Part shown: positions 51,209-61,094 of the stretch, piece after piece
Position numbering within the stretch: the first letter of the stretch is position 1
Layout of the letters: each line of letters begins with the position of its first letter
DNA from: Candidatus Eiseniibacteriota bacterium
Lineage (GTDB): Bacteria; Eisenbacteria; RBG-16-71-46; JABDJR01
Assembly: GCA_963762255.1 (NCBI GenBank)
Contig: CAVXKA010000002.1
Location: 896,001 to 960,000 of the forward strand
Direction: 5' to 3'
DNA length: 64,000 nt
Position numbers and translations under genes: made by a program
The notes under the pieces: model-generated
Seen by the model: only the letters and a program-made list of their open reading frames with translations
Databases searched by the model: none
Told to the model about the DNA's origin: nothing

Positions 51209-51835
51209 TCAATCGTGCTCGAGGACCACGCCTTCGATGATGTTGGCCACGTCCTCGCAGCGGTCGGTGGCCTTCTCCAGGATCTCGTAGATCTCCTTCC
51301 ACTTGATCACCATGATCGGATCCTTCTCGGTCAGGAACAGATTGGCGATGGCCTCCCGGAGAACGGCGTCGGCGTCGTTCTCCAGCCGGTTCACCTCGAT
51401 GCACTTCTGGCGGATGACGTCGGCGTGGCGAAGGTCGCGCAGCCCGTTCACCGCGTGCTGAACCTCGACTGCGGATTGGGCGAGGATGCCGGCCAGGGAC
51501 TTGATCTCCGGCGTCATCTCGGTGAGCCGATACAGGTGCAGCCGTCCGGCCACACCGTCCACCGAGTCCATCACGTCGTCCATCTTGCTGATGAGGCGAT
51601 GGATGTCGTTGCGATCGAGCGGGGTGATGAACGTCTTGTGCAGGGCTTCCATGCAGCGGTGCGTGATGACGTCCGCCTCGTGCTCGATCTCCTTGATGCG
51701 CCTCGCCCGGAGGCTCACGTTACCCCCGGAGGTGACGAGCTCGACAAGTTCCGTCGTCCCGGACACGGTGAGCGCGATGTGCTGATCGAAAAATCCGAAG
51801 AAGCTCACCTCGCGGGGCAAGAGACGCGGGAACAT
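51209..51835 (-). CDS. DUF47 PhoU-like phosphate transport regulator
   Basis: EHEAD, TFITPLDRNDI, ENDAD, LEKATDRCEDVA; upstream of pit. Confidence 0.9.
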   Translation of the reverse strand: MFPRLLPREVSFFGFFDQHIALTVSGTTELVELVTSGGNVSLRARRIKEIEHEADVITHRCMEALHKTFITPLDRNDIHRLISKMDDVMDSVDGVAGRLHLYRLTEMTPEIKSLAGILAQSAVEVQHAVNGLRDLRHADVIRQKCIEVNRLENDADAVLREAIANLFLTEKDPIMVIKWKEIYEILEKATDRCEDVANIIEGVVLEHD

Positions 51836-52038
51836 GCGGATCCTCCCTTCGTGGAGGGGCACTCCGTGGAGAGCCGCCTCGACACCCATCCGGCCTCACT
51901 CGCGGACGGGCAGTCTACAACAAGTGCCACCGTCCTGCCCTCCCCCTGCAAGAGCGAGCGTGCTGGCGCGAGCCCAGACTCTATCTTCTTATATCTACAA
52001 GGGTTGCGGGTGCGATTGGGGGCACGCGTTCGCGACTG

Positions 52039-52644
52039 TCAGGGCCGCGTCTCGACGGGTTCCGCGTCCGAGGCGATGTCGGGTGAGATGAGCATGCGTT
52101 CCAGGCGACGCGCCCACCGATGCGCCTCCCACGCTCCGCCGTCGACTTCGCTTGCGACGACGACCAGGCCGTGGCAGAGCGCGGCGATGATGCGATTACG
52201 CCACCAGCGGCGGTCGAGCGATTCGGCCGACTCGTTGGGGAAAGGGCTTAGCAGGAGTCCGCCGCTCTCGACGATCCTGCGGGCCAGCTTCCCCTGTGTG
52301 GAAGCCAGAAGGGCGTTGATGCCGGATCCCGGCACCACGATGGCCTTGAGCCCGGCCTTCATCGCCGCTTCGTGGGCGGCGGCGTCCACGCCCGGCGAGA
52401 TCCCGCTCACGATCACCATCGCGAACTCGGAGGCCACCTCGACGATACGCGCGGTATCGCGCTCGATCTCCGGGGTCGGTGTGCGCGTCCCGACCACCGC
52501 CAGCGCGGGGCCCTCGCCGAGGAGCTTGAGATCTCCCAGGCTGCGCATCACGCGCGGACGGCCGGGCAGCTCCAGCACGCGCTGCGGATACTCAGGCAGG
52601 TTGGGCCTGAGTTCGCGAATCTCGAGCTTGTCGGTCTTGGTCAT
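52039..52644 (-). CDS. Short DprA/SMF (SLOG) domain protein
   Basis: AVVGTR, IVSG..GVDAAAH, RNRIIAAL. Confidence 0.8.
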   Translation of the reverse strand: MTKTDKLEIRELRPNLPEYPQRVLELPGRPRVMRSLGDLKLLGEGPALAVVGTRTPTPEIERDTARIVEVASEFAMVIVSGISPGVDAAAHEAAMKAGLKAIVVPGSGINALLASTQGKLARRIVESGGLLLSPFPNESAESLDRRWWRNRIIAALCHGLVVVASEVDGGAWEAHRWARRLERMLISPDIASDAEPVETRP

Positions 52645-52777
52645 CGCTTCCCCGCTTCGCGGTACGCGCCCCGCAGGCGCCCGCGTTCGCCGTGATGATC
52701 GCAGCTTCGGGGCGCGATGGCTAGGGGAGGCAGATCATGCGCCGATCCGCGCGCGACGGCTCTGCTATCCTCTCCGC

Positions 52778-52999
52778 ATGGCAATGACATGCAACATCGA
52801 TGCCCGCGGTCGCCTTCTGCGAGCGCTTATCGGACTCGTATTCATCGTGGCGGCACTCGTCCTCGTGTTCGCACTGCCGCCCACCGGCTGGCGTCGCGCG
52901 CTGGTCGTGGTTCTCACGCTGGGCGGCATCTTCTGCCTGTTCGAAGCGCGGGCCGGCTGGTGCGCGGTGCGGGCGATGGGGATCAAGACGCGGATCTAG
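52778..52999 (+). CDS. Small DUF2892/YgaP-like membrane protein
   Basis: CNIDARGRLLR, two TM helices, GWCAVRAMGIKT. Confidence 0.75.
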   Translation: MAMTCNIDARGRLLRALIGLVFIVAALVLVFALPPTGWRRALVVVLTLGGIFCLFEARAGWCAVRAMGIKTRI

Positions 53000-53010
53000 C
53001 GGACGGGCGG

Positions 53011-53110
53011 GCGCGGCTCTCCGCGTGTCGCGGGTCGTCCTCGCCGAAGGGGCCCCCGCTTCGCGGCCCTTCGGACTGCGGCCGACCCGCGAACCCGCTA
53101 CGCGCCGCGC
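53011..53110 (-). repeat. Structured dispersed repeat, copy 2
   Basis: Inverted copy of 40843-40934 lying between convergent genes. Confidence 0.8.
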
Positions 53111-53227
53111 CCACACCGCACGATCACTCCATATCACGATTCGTGCGGAGTGCTCACCCGGGTGATCATCCTGCGTCGCATGAGTCCAGCCGGATGGACT
53201 GGTGGGTACGCGGGCGCGGCGCGGCCG

Positions 53228-54059
53228 CTACCCCGGAACCCCGAACTCCCGCAGCGCCTCGTTCAATGACGTCTTCCGATCGGTGGACTCTCGCCGGCGT
53301 CCGATGATGAGCGCGCACGGCACCGCATAGTTCCCGGCGGGAAAGGCCTTGGGCCGCGTGCCAGGGATGACCACGGACCGCGCCGGCACTCGCCCGTGCG
53401 ACACGACCGGCGATGGGCCGGTCACGTCCACGATCGGCGTGCTCGCGGTGAGCACCACGCCCGCACCGAGCACCGCTTCCTCTTCGATCAAGACGCCCTC
53501 CACCACGATGCAGCGCGAGCCGATGAACGCGCCGTCCTCGACGATGACCGGCGACGCCTGCACCGGCTCCAGCACGCCGCCGATGCCCACGCCTCCCGAG
53601 AGGTGCACGCCCTTGCCGATCTGCGCGCACGAGCCGACCGTGGCCCAGGTGTCCACCATCGTTCCCGCCCCGACGTGAGCGCCGATGTTCACGTACGACG
53701 GCATGAGCACCGCGTCCGCCCCGATGAATGCGCCGTAGCGCACGGTCGCGGGCGGCACCACGCGCACCGACGCGGCCGCGAAGCCCCGCTTCAGCGGGAT
53801 CTTGTCCCGATACTCGAAGGGCCCGACCTCACGCACCTCCGCCTTGCGCAGCGTGAAGTAGAGGAGCACCGCTTCCTTCAACCACGCATGGGTCACCCAC
53901 GCGCCGTCGAGCTTCTCGGCCACGCGCAACTCGCCCGCGTCCAGCGCCGCCACCGCGCGTTCGACCGCCGCCGCCACGTCCGCTGCAGCCGCGCCGCGCC
54001 GGATCGGCCCAGGCCGCCTCGATGAGCGCGGCGTCATCCTTCCATCGTTTCTCGTCCAT
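53228..54059 (-). CDS. dapD: Tetrahydrodipicolinate N-succinyltransferase (frameshift at ~53995)
   Basis: LDAGELRVAE, DKIPLK, PSYVNIGA, DTWATVGSCAQIG, GGVLEP; N-terminus MDEKRW..IEAAW in another frame. Confidence 0.9.
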
Positions 54060-54067
54060 GCCCTCTC

Positions 54068-55231
54068 CTACGGCGTCGCGCGGGCGAGCCGATCCATCGC
54101 ATCGCGCAGCGTTTCCTCGTTCGAGGTGAGCGCCAATCGCACGTAGCCTTCGCCTTGCGCGCCCAGCGCGTTTCCGGGCAGCACCACGACTCCCGCTTCC
54201 AGCCAGCGCGTCGCAAGCTGATCGGAGGTCATGCCGCTTGGAACCGGGAGCCATATGTAGAACGTCGACGGCGGCGGGGTCACCGCGAATCCCATCCGAT
54301 TGAGCGCGGCCACGACAAGATCGCGCCGCCTGCGGAAGCGCTCGCGAATGCCTTCGACATGGGCATCGTCGGCCCACGCCGCATGCGCCGCCGCCTGGAT
54401 GAAATCCGGCGTGGCCACACCGAGGCCCGGCCGCACACGCTTGAGCGCCTCGATGAGCCGCGCGTCGCCCGCCATGATGCCGCTGCGATAGCCCGCCATC
54501 CCCGAGCGCTTCGAGAGCGAGTAGAGCGCCAGGATGTTCTCGGTCCCCCACTGCAGCGGCGAAGGCGGCGGGTCGTCGAAATAGGTCTCGCTGTAGGCCT
54601 CGTCGCTCACCAGGAGCACGCCGTGCCGGCGCGCCAGGACCACCGCCTCGGCGAGGAACGACGCCGGCGCCACCGCACCCGTGGGGTTGTTCGGGTAATT
54701 GATCCAGAGGATCGACGCGCGCCGCCATACCTCGTCGGGAATTGCGCGCAGATCGGGAAGAAATCCATGATCGGCGCGAAGCGGCATCGGATAGACCTCG
54801 CCGCCGAACGCTCGCGTGCCGAGCGCGTAGACCGGGTATGCGGGGTCGGGCACGAGCGTGAGCGGGCGCTCGGCGGGGTCCAGCACCGCAAGCGGCAGGT
54901 TGAAGATCGCCTCCTTCGAGCCGTTCACCGGCAGCACTTCGCGCTCCGGATCGACGCGGGCGCCGAACCGGCGCGCGAGCCACACCGCGGCAGCCTCGCG
55001 CAACCCGGGGAGACCGGTCACGCGCGGATAGGTCGACTCCTCCGGGATCGCCTCGGTCATCGCGAGCTTCACGAAGTCCGGGGTGGGCTCGTGGGGATCC
55101 CCCATCCCCAGGTCGATGACGCGGATGCCGCGCGCTTCCACCTCGGCGCGCAGCGCGTCGAGGCGCGCGAACGGATACGGCGGGAGATCGCGCAAGTAGC
55201 GGCTGGTGGGAAGGGACGCCGGCAGGGACAT
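54068..55231 (-). CDS. dapC: Class I/II aminotransferase, probable succinyldiaminopimelate transaminase
   Basis: GSKEA, NYPNNPTG, SDEAY, SLSKRS...YRSG; lies between dapE and dapD. Confidence 0.82.
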   Translation of the reverse strand: MSLPASLPTSRYLRDLPPYPFARLDALRAEVEARGIRVIDLGMGDPHEPTPDFVKLAMTEAIPEESTYPRVTGLPGLREAAAVWLARRFGARVDPEREVLPVNGSKEAIFNLPLAVLDPAERPLTLVPDPAYPVYALGTRAFGGEVYPMPLRADHGFLPDLRAIPDEVWRRASILWINYPNNPTGAVAPASFLAEAVVLARRHGVLLVSDEAYSETYFDDPPPSPLQWGTENILALYSLSKRSGMAGYRSGIMAGDARLIEALKRVRPGLGVATPDFIQAAAHAAWADDAHVEGIRERFRRRRDLVVAALNRMGFAVTPPPSTFYIWLPVPSGMTSDQLATRWLEAGVVVLPGNALGAQGEGYVRLALTSNEETLRDAMDRLARATP

Positions 55232-55233
55232 GC

Positions 55234-56316
55234 TTACCTCCCGTCGAGAAACGCGGCGAGCGCATCGTGCGCGCGGACCAGGTTGACGATCGGCACGCGC
55301 TCTTCACGCGTGTGGGCGAGTTCGGAAAGACCGGGCCCGAAGTTGGCGGCGGGAACGCCGTGTTGCGCGAACTGGGCCACGTCGGTCCATGCCTGCTTGG
55401 CCCGCGTGTCCAGGGCGTTCGACTCGATGAACCGGCGCAGGAGCGGCGCGTCCGCACGCGCGGGGGCCGCGGGAGCGAGATCGACGATCTCCACCGTCGA
55501 GCCTGCTGGGGCGAGCGAGCGCACATGGGCGGCGGCATCCTCAGGCGAGCGGTCGGGGGCGAAGCGAAAGTTGAGGTTCACGGTGAAGCGATCGGGCACC
55601 ACGTTGCGCGCCGAACCGCCCTCGGCGAGCGTGGCGGAGAGGACTTCGCGAAAGATCACCGATCCTGCGCCATGCTCGCGCGGCGGCATTTCCGCGATCC
55701 TGGTCAGAAACGGACCCGCCTTGTGGATCGCGTTCTCCCCCTGCCAAGGCCGCGCGCTGTGGGCAGCCCGACCGTGGAAGGTCACGCGCGCGTGCAGCGT
55801 CCCGAGGCAGCCCAGTTCCGCCGCGTTTCCGGTGGGCTCGAGCATGAGCGCCAGCTCCGCGCGGGTGAGCCACGGCTCCAGCGCGAAGAGAGAACGCAGG
55901 CCGTTGCGCTCGAAGGGCCCCTCCTCGCGGTCGTAGAACACGAGGGCGAACGGCGTCATCGCGCGCGACGCCGCGCGCTCGGCCAGCGCCAGCATCACCG
56001 CGAGTGCACCCTTCATGTCGGTGGCGCCAAGACCGTGGACGTCGCCGCCGTCGATCGCGGGCTCGAGGTTCCCATTGGCGGGCACGGTGTCCAAGTGCCC
56101 GGCCAGCACAACCACGGGTTCCAACGCGCCGAACCCGGCCACGACCGCGTTCCCGTGCCGGCGCAGAAAGGCCGGGCGCGTGCGCTCGCGCAGAACGCTC
56201 TCCACGAAGCCGGCGATCGCGACTTCGTCGCCGGTCACGCTCGGGATGCGCACGAGGTCGAGGGTGCATCGGGCAAGAGTCTGGTCGAGGGAGGCGGGAT
56301 CCGCGGGCGTCAACAT
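55234..56316 (-). CDS. dapE: Succinyl-diaminopimelate desuccinylase
   Basis: GHLDTV, DMKG, EEG, HSARPW, WTDVA, AHT. Confidence 0.88.
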   Translation of the reverse strand: MLTPADPASLDQTLARCTLDLVRIPSVTGDEVAIAGFVESVLRERTRPAFLRRHGNAVVAGFGALEPVVVLAGHLDTVPANGNLEPAIDGGDVHGLGATDMKGALAVMLALAERAASRAMTPFALVFYDREEGPFERNGLRSLFALEPWLTRAELALMLEPTGNAAELGCLGTLHARVTFHGRAAHSARPWQGENAIHKAGPFLTRIAEMPPREHGAGSVIFREVLSATLAEGGSARNVVPDRFTVNLNFRFAPDRSPEDAAAHVRSLAPAGSTVEIVDLAPAAPARADAPLLRRFIESNALDTRAKQAWTDVAQFAQHGVPAANFGPGLSELAHTREERVPIVNLVRAHDALAAFLDGR

Positions 56317-56394
56317 GCGCGCAAGCATACGGGTTTTCGGCCGGATCGCCAGCCGGTCACTCGAACTTCGTGCAGAAGCCGGATCGCCGGCCGG

Positions 56395-56772
56395 TCACTC
56401 CCACTCCCCCGTGCGGCGCTCCTCCTTGGTCTTGCCACGGCGTTTCTTCTCGACCAGCCGCTTCTCGCGCGCGGACGCGGTCGGCTTGGTGGCCCGCCGC
56501 TTCTTGGGCGGCACCAGCATCCGCGCCAGCCGCTCCCGCAGCCGGTTCAGCGCGTCGGTTAGGTTTCGCCGCTGGGAACGCTCACGCCGCCCGATCACCA
56601 CGACGCCGCTCGGACGGTGGTGGAGTCGGATCGAAGAGAGCGTCACGTTGCGGTGCTGCCCGCCCGGTCCCGAAGACTTGAACGCGGTGACGTCGCACTC
56701 GGCGAGCAGCTCCTCGTCCGTCCCCGGCAACTGATACGAAGCGCGCAACGCCTCCGGTGTCGGCCGGTCCAC
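56395..56772 (-). CDS. ArfB/YaeJ-like peptidyl-tRNA hydrolase
   Basis: SSGPGGQH, RSQRRN, basic tail RRATKPT. Confidence 0.85.
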   Translation of the reverse strand: MDRPTPEALRASYQLPGTDEELLAECDVTAFKSSGPGGQHRNVTLSSIRLHHRPSGVVVIGRRERSQRRNLTDALNRLRERLARMLVPPKKRRATKPTASAREKRLVEKKRRGKTKEERRTGEWE

Positions 56773-56773
56773 G

Positions 56774-57769
56774 CTACGCCGCCGGAGCGGAACCGCCGGC
56801 GACGGACTGCGCGGCCTCGGCGGGGCCCGCGCCGCTTCGATTGAGCGCGCGGATCCGCGCGATGCGATCGTCCAACGGCGGATGGGTGGACAAGAGCCCC
56901 TGCGCCCGCTTCTCGAAGGACTTGAACGGATTCACGATGTAGAGGTGCTGCGTGGCGCGGTTGGCCACTTCGAGCACCTCTTTGTCGTTGCCGAGTTTCT
57001 CGAGTGCGGAGGCGAGCCCGTCCGGATTGCGGGTCAACTCCACCGCCGACGCGTCGGCCAGGTACTCGCGCTGCCGCGACGCTCCGAGTTGGATGAGCTT
57101 GGCCAGGATCGGCGCCACGATGGACAGCACGATGGCGAGCACAGCGACGATCGCCATCGCCGGCCCCGCGCCGCCGCTGTTGTCACGCGACGAGCGCCGC
57201 CGTCCGCCGCCCCACCACATCCAGCGACGGAATACGTCCGCGGCCAGCACGAGGAAGCCGACCATCACCGCCAGGAGCATGGCGAAGCGGATGTCGTAGT
57301 TGCGCACGTGGCTCAGCTCGTGGGCCAGCACCCCTTGCAGCTCGTCGCGGGTGAGCTGCGAGCGCAGCCCGCGCGTGATCGCCACCGAGGCGTGAGCGGG
57401 ATCCCGCCCGGTGGCGAACGCGTTGAGCGCGGTGTCGTCGATCGCGTAGACGCGGGGCATCGGCGTGCCCGCCGCGATGGAGAGTTCCTCCACGACGTTC
57501 CATAGCTGCGGATCGTCGTCCCGGCGAATCTCCTTCGCCCCGCTCATGGTGAGGATCGCGCTCGCTCCACCGTAGTAGCTGAGGAGCGCGACCACCAGAG
57601 CCGCCCCCACCGCGATCGCCGCGGGCACGATCGCGGTGCGGGGGTCGTCGCCCAGGAGGGTGATCGCAAACACGTAGACGGTCACCATCAGGAGCAGGAC
57701 GAAGAGGAACACCAGCCCCGCCGACTTGCGGCGGTTCTCGGCCATGAGATCCCGAAACGTCTTGGGCAT
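56774..57769 (-). CDS. htpX: HtpX-like M48 membrane protease
   Basis: NAFATG, AHELSH, SRQREYLAD, STHPP. Confidence 0.9.
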   Translation of the reverse strand: MPKTFRDLMAENRRKSAGLVFLFVLLLMVTVYVFAITLLGDDPRTAIVPAAIAVGAALVVALLSYYGGASAILTMSGAKEIRRDDDPQLWNVVEELSIAAGTPMPRVYAIDDTALNAFATGRDPAHASVAITRGLRSQLTRDELQGVLAHELSHVRNYDIRFAMLLAVMVGFLVLAADVFRRWMWWGGGRRRSSRDNSGGAGPAMAIVAVLAIVLSIVAPILAKLIQLGASRQREYLADASAVELTRNPDGLASALEKLGNDKEVLEVANRATQHLYIVNPFKSFEKRAQGLLSTHPPLDDRIARIRALNRSGAGPAEAAQSVAGGSAPAA

Positions 57770-57778
57770 CGCGGCGGG

Positions 57779-58336
57779 TTAGAACTTCACCTGGGGCGCC
57801 TGACGCTGTGCCGCATCTTCCATCTCGAAGAACTCCTCGAGCTTGAAGCCCATGGTGTTCGCGATGATGTTGGCCGGGAACGACTGCACCCGCGTGTTGT
57901 ACTGCGCGGTGATGTCGTTGTAGTGCTGCCGCGAGAAGGCGATCCGGTTCTCGGTGCCGGCCAGCTCTTCCTGCAGCGCGAGGAAGTTCTGGTTGGCCTT
58001 CAGATCCGGGTAGCTCTCGGAGAGCGCGAACAGTTGCCGGAGGGCGCCGGTCAGCATGTTCTCGGCCTGGGCCTGTTGCTGCACGCCGGTGGCCGCCATG
58101 GCGGCGTTGCGGGCCTGCACCACGCTCTCGAACGTCCCCTTCTCGTGCGCGGCGTAACCCTTGACCGTCTCCACCAGATTGGGGATCAGGTCGTACCGGC
58201 GCTTGAGCTGGACGTCGATCTGGCTCCAGGCATTCTTCACCTGCTGCCGCAAGCCGACCAGGCTGTTGTAGAGGCCGATCGCCCACATGACGATCGCCGC
58301 GATCAAGATCAGGGGCAAGAGAAAGAACATGCCCAT
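57779..58336 (-). CDS. lemA: LemA family protein
   Basis: [30 protein letters not shown]. Confidence 0.93.
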   Translation of the reverse strand: MGMFFLLPLILIAAIVMWAIGLYNSLVGLRQQVKNAWSQIDVQLKRRYDLIPNLVETVKGYAAHEKGTFESVVQARNAAMAATGVQQQAQAENMLTGALRQLFALSESYPDLKANQNFLALQEELAGTENRIAFSRQHYNDITAQYNTRVQSFPANIIANTMGFKLEEFFEMEDAAQRQAPQVKF

Positions 58337-58449
58337 CGAAACCTCCTGCGTTCGTTCCCTCGGGCGCCGGTCTGCGACCACGCCGGTCGTTCCGTGCGCC
58401 CGTCCCCGGAAAGCGGCCGGGTGGCCGATCCCGACATGAAACTACCCGT

Positions 58450-59382
58450 TCAGGGCCACTCGTGCAGCATTTCTTCCGCGGTCTGGAGGTGGATCTCCAC
58501 CGTTTCTTCGGGATCCTCTGCGTAACCTCCGGCGAGCAATACGACGACCGACGCTCCGCTGTTGCGGCAAACGGACAGGACCCGGCGATCGCGCTCGCGA
58601 AGCCCTTCCAGGGTGAGTCCCAGGCCGCCGAGCTTGTCCAGGCGGTACGGATCCGCGCCTGCCAGATAGTAGACGAGTTCGGGGCGGCGGGCGGTCACGG
58701 CGATCTCCAGGCCGCGCTGGAGCTCCGCCAGGTAGGTGGCGTCGTCGACGCCGTCCGGGAGGCCGATATCGAGGTCACTGCGCTGTTTCAGGGGGTAGTT
58801 GTTCTCCTGGTGCATCGAAAACGTGAACACGCGCGCGTCGTCCTCGAAGATCCGCGCGGTGCCGTTCCCCTGGTGCACGTCGAGGTCCACGACGCTCACC
58901 TTCGTCACCTCGCGCCCGGCGGCGTCACCGAGCGGCGTCCCGTCGTCGTCGCCCAGCGCCCAGCGGGCGCCGATGGCGGTGTCGTTGAGGTAGCAGAACC
59001 CCTCGGCGTGGTCGGCGAATGCGTGATGGAACCCCCCACCGATGTGCATGGCCGCGCCGCGCGCCAGCGCCAGTTCGGTAGCGGTGGCCGTGCCGTAGGC
59101 CGCCAGCTCGAACCAGCGGGCGATTTCCATGGTGAGCGGAAGCTCCGAGGAAACCGTGGCAAAGGTCTGCCGCAGGGTGAACAGATCGGCGAGGTAGGTC
59201 TCGGTGTGGGCCAGCCTGAGGATCGCGCGATCCCGCGCCCGGGGCTCGACAAACGCATCCGCCGAGGCGAGCCCCGTCTCGAGGATCCGCTCCTTCACGC
59301 GGCGGTACTTGAAGGTCGGAAAGACGTGCGGTCCGATGTCGGCCTCGTAGGCGGGGCTGAAGACGAAAGCGGGAACGCTCAT
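58450..59382 (-). CDS. Zn-dependent histone deacetylase family protein
   Basis: GGFHHA, GFC, DLDVHQGNGT, GAD, GGY. Confidence 0.9.
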   Translation of the reverse strand: MSVPAFVFSPAYEADIGPHVFPTFKYRRVKERILETGLASADAFVEPRARDRAILRLAHTETYLADLFTLRQTFATVSSELPLTMEIARWFELAAYGTATATELALARGAAMHIGGGFHHAFADHAEGFCYLNDTAIGARWALGDDDGTPLGDAAGREVTKVSVVDLDVHQGNGTARIFEDDARVFTFSMHQENNYPLKQRSDLDIGLPDGVDDATYLAELQRGLEIAVTARRPELVYYLAGADPYRLDKLGGLGLTLEGLRERDRRVLSVCRNSGASVVVLLAGGYAEDPEETVEIHLQTAEEMLHEWP

Positions 59383-59431
59383 GACGACAGACTCCCGGAA
59401 CTACGAGACCGACTCGACGCCGCTGCCCGCC

Positions 59432-60097
59432 CTAGCGGGTTTCGAACGTGATGGTGTCCATCGTCACAGGCGTGTTCGGCTTGCCCTGCGGGCTCTTCGG
59501 CACCTTGACGATGGCGTTCACCACGTCCATTCCTTCGACCACCTCGCCAAAGATGGTGTGGTGACCGGTGAGGTGCTTGCTGTGTTCGCCATCCAGCGTG
59601 ATGAAGAACTGGCTCGAGTTGGTGCCCGGGCCGGCGTTGGCCATCGCGAGGAGCCCCGCCCGGTCGAACTTCAACTCGGGGGAGAACTCGTCGGCGAACT
59701 TGGCGCCCCAGAGGCTCTTCCCGCCGCTGCCGGTGCCGGTAGGATCGCCGCCCTGAATCATGAAGTTCTCGATGAGGCGATGAAAGCCCACGCCCTTGTA
59801 GTAGCCCGTCGCGGCCAGACCCTTGAAGTTGGCCACCGCGAGGGGCGCCTGCTTGGGGAAGAACCGGAGAACGACCGTCCCCATGCTGGTCTTCACGACC
59901 GCGTACTCGTTCGAGGGGCCGGGATCCTTCTTCATCGAGCGCTCGAGAACCATCGTGTCCGCCACCTTCTTTGCCGTCACAACCTTGGCCTTCTCGGCCG
60001 TCTTCACCGGTTCGGCCGCGTTGGCCGAGCCGATCGTCACGGCGGCCAGAAAACCGGCCGACGCTGCAATGAGAACCAAAGACCTGGTAGATTTCAT
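59432..60097 (-). CDS. Periplasmic cyclophilin-type peptidyl-prolyl isomerase
   Basis: FHRLIENFMIQGGD, MANAGPGTNSSQFFIT, HTIFG. Confidence 0.93.
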   Translation of the reverse strand: MKSTRSLVLIAASAGFLAAVTIGSANAAEPVKTAEKAKVVTAKKVADTMVLERSMKKDPGPSNEYAVVKTSMGTVVLRFFPKQAPLAVANFKGLAATGYYKGVGFHRLIENFMIQGGDPTGTGSGGKSLWGAKFADEFSPELKFDRAGLLAMANAGPGTNSSQFFITLDGEHSKHLTGHHTIFGEVVEGMDVVNAIVKVPKSPQGKPNTPVTMDTITFETR

Positions 60098-60317
60098 GAA
60101 ACGCTTCCTCCTCGGTGATGCCGAATCCCCGGCCGCTCAGGGCCGGACGGTACGCATGGCCTGCGGGTTGGGGTATTCTAGGGCCCTCATCGACCCTGGG
60201 GCAACCGGTCCGCCGGGGCCCAATACAATCAGCCCGCTCGTCCGAGTCCCCGGCGCGTTCATTTGACGGACTTTCCGGCTTGGGTGAGAATCCCGCGATT
60301 CAGCACATGGGGGATGA

Positions 60318-61094
60318 ATGCTGCCGATCGACCTCTCCGGCAAATACGGCCTCGTTTTCGGGGTCGCCAACAAGCGAAGCCTGGCGCTGGCCATCGCCGA
60401 GTACCTGCACCGCGCAGGAGCGCGGCTGGCCTTCGCGTATCAGGGGGAGCGGTTCCGGGAGTCGGTCGAGGAGTTGGTCCGGGACATGCGCGATCCGGTG
60501 CTCATCGAATGTGACGTGAGCCGCGAGGAGGATCTGGAGCGCACGTTCGAGACGGTGAAGCTGGAGTTCGGCGCGCTCGACTACCTGGTGCACAGCGTCG
60601 CCTTCGCCCCCCGCGAGGAACTCGAAGGGAACTTTCGCGACACCACGCGTGAGGGATTCCGCATCGCGCTCGACATCTCCGCCTACTCGCTCATCCCGAT
60701 GGCGCGGCTCGCCGCCCCGCTCATGGAAGGGCGCGCCGGATCGCTTCTGGCCCTCTCCTACATCGGCGCCGAGCGCGCGGTGCCGGGCTACAACGTGATG
60801 GGAACGGCCAAGGCCGCGCTCGAGCAAGCGGTGCGTCAGCTCGCCTTCGACCTGGGCTCCCTCGGCATCCGCGCCAACGCGATCTCCGCCGGGCCGGTGA
60901 ACACGCTCTCCGCTCGCGGGGTGAGCGGCTTCACCGACATCCTCAAGATCTACCCCGAGCGCGCGCCGCTCCATCGCAACATCGATCAGGAGGACGTGGG
61001 CAAGGCCGCGCTGTTCCTGTTGAGTGACCTGGCCAGCGGGGTCACCGGCGAGGTGCTCCACGTGGACGCCGGCTTCCACATCACGGCGTTTTGA
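60318..61094 (+). CDS. fabI: Enoyl-ACP reductase
   Basis: GVANKRSLA, HSVAFA, SAYSL, YNVMG.AKAALE, ISAGP. Confidence 0.94.
   Translation: MLPIDLSGKYGLVFGVANKRSLALAIAEYLHRAGARLAFAYQGERFRESVEELVRDMRDPVLIECDVSREEDLERTFETVKLEFGALDYLVHSVAFAPREELEGNFRDTTREGFRIALDISAYSLIPMARLAAPLMEGRAGSLLALSYIGAERAVPGYNVMGTAKAALEQAVRQLAFDLGSLGIRANAISAGPVNTLSARGVSGFTDILKIYPERAPLHRNIDQEDVGKAALFLLSDLASGVTGEVLHVDAGFHITAF

Noticed and set aside
5050-52644. ComEA-like, ComEC-like and DprA-like genes as a natural competence system
   Set aside because: No ComEC membrane channel, pilins or comF; the DprA-like gene is over 40 kb away; the neighbours are catabolic
37217-54059. Frameshifts in mutY (~37430), pit (~50580) and dapD (~53995) as pseudogenes or programmed frameshifting
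   Set aside because: Single-base indels in otherwise intact conserved genes, with no slippery heptamer; most simply long-read consensus errors
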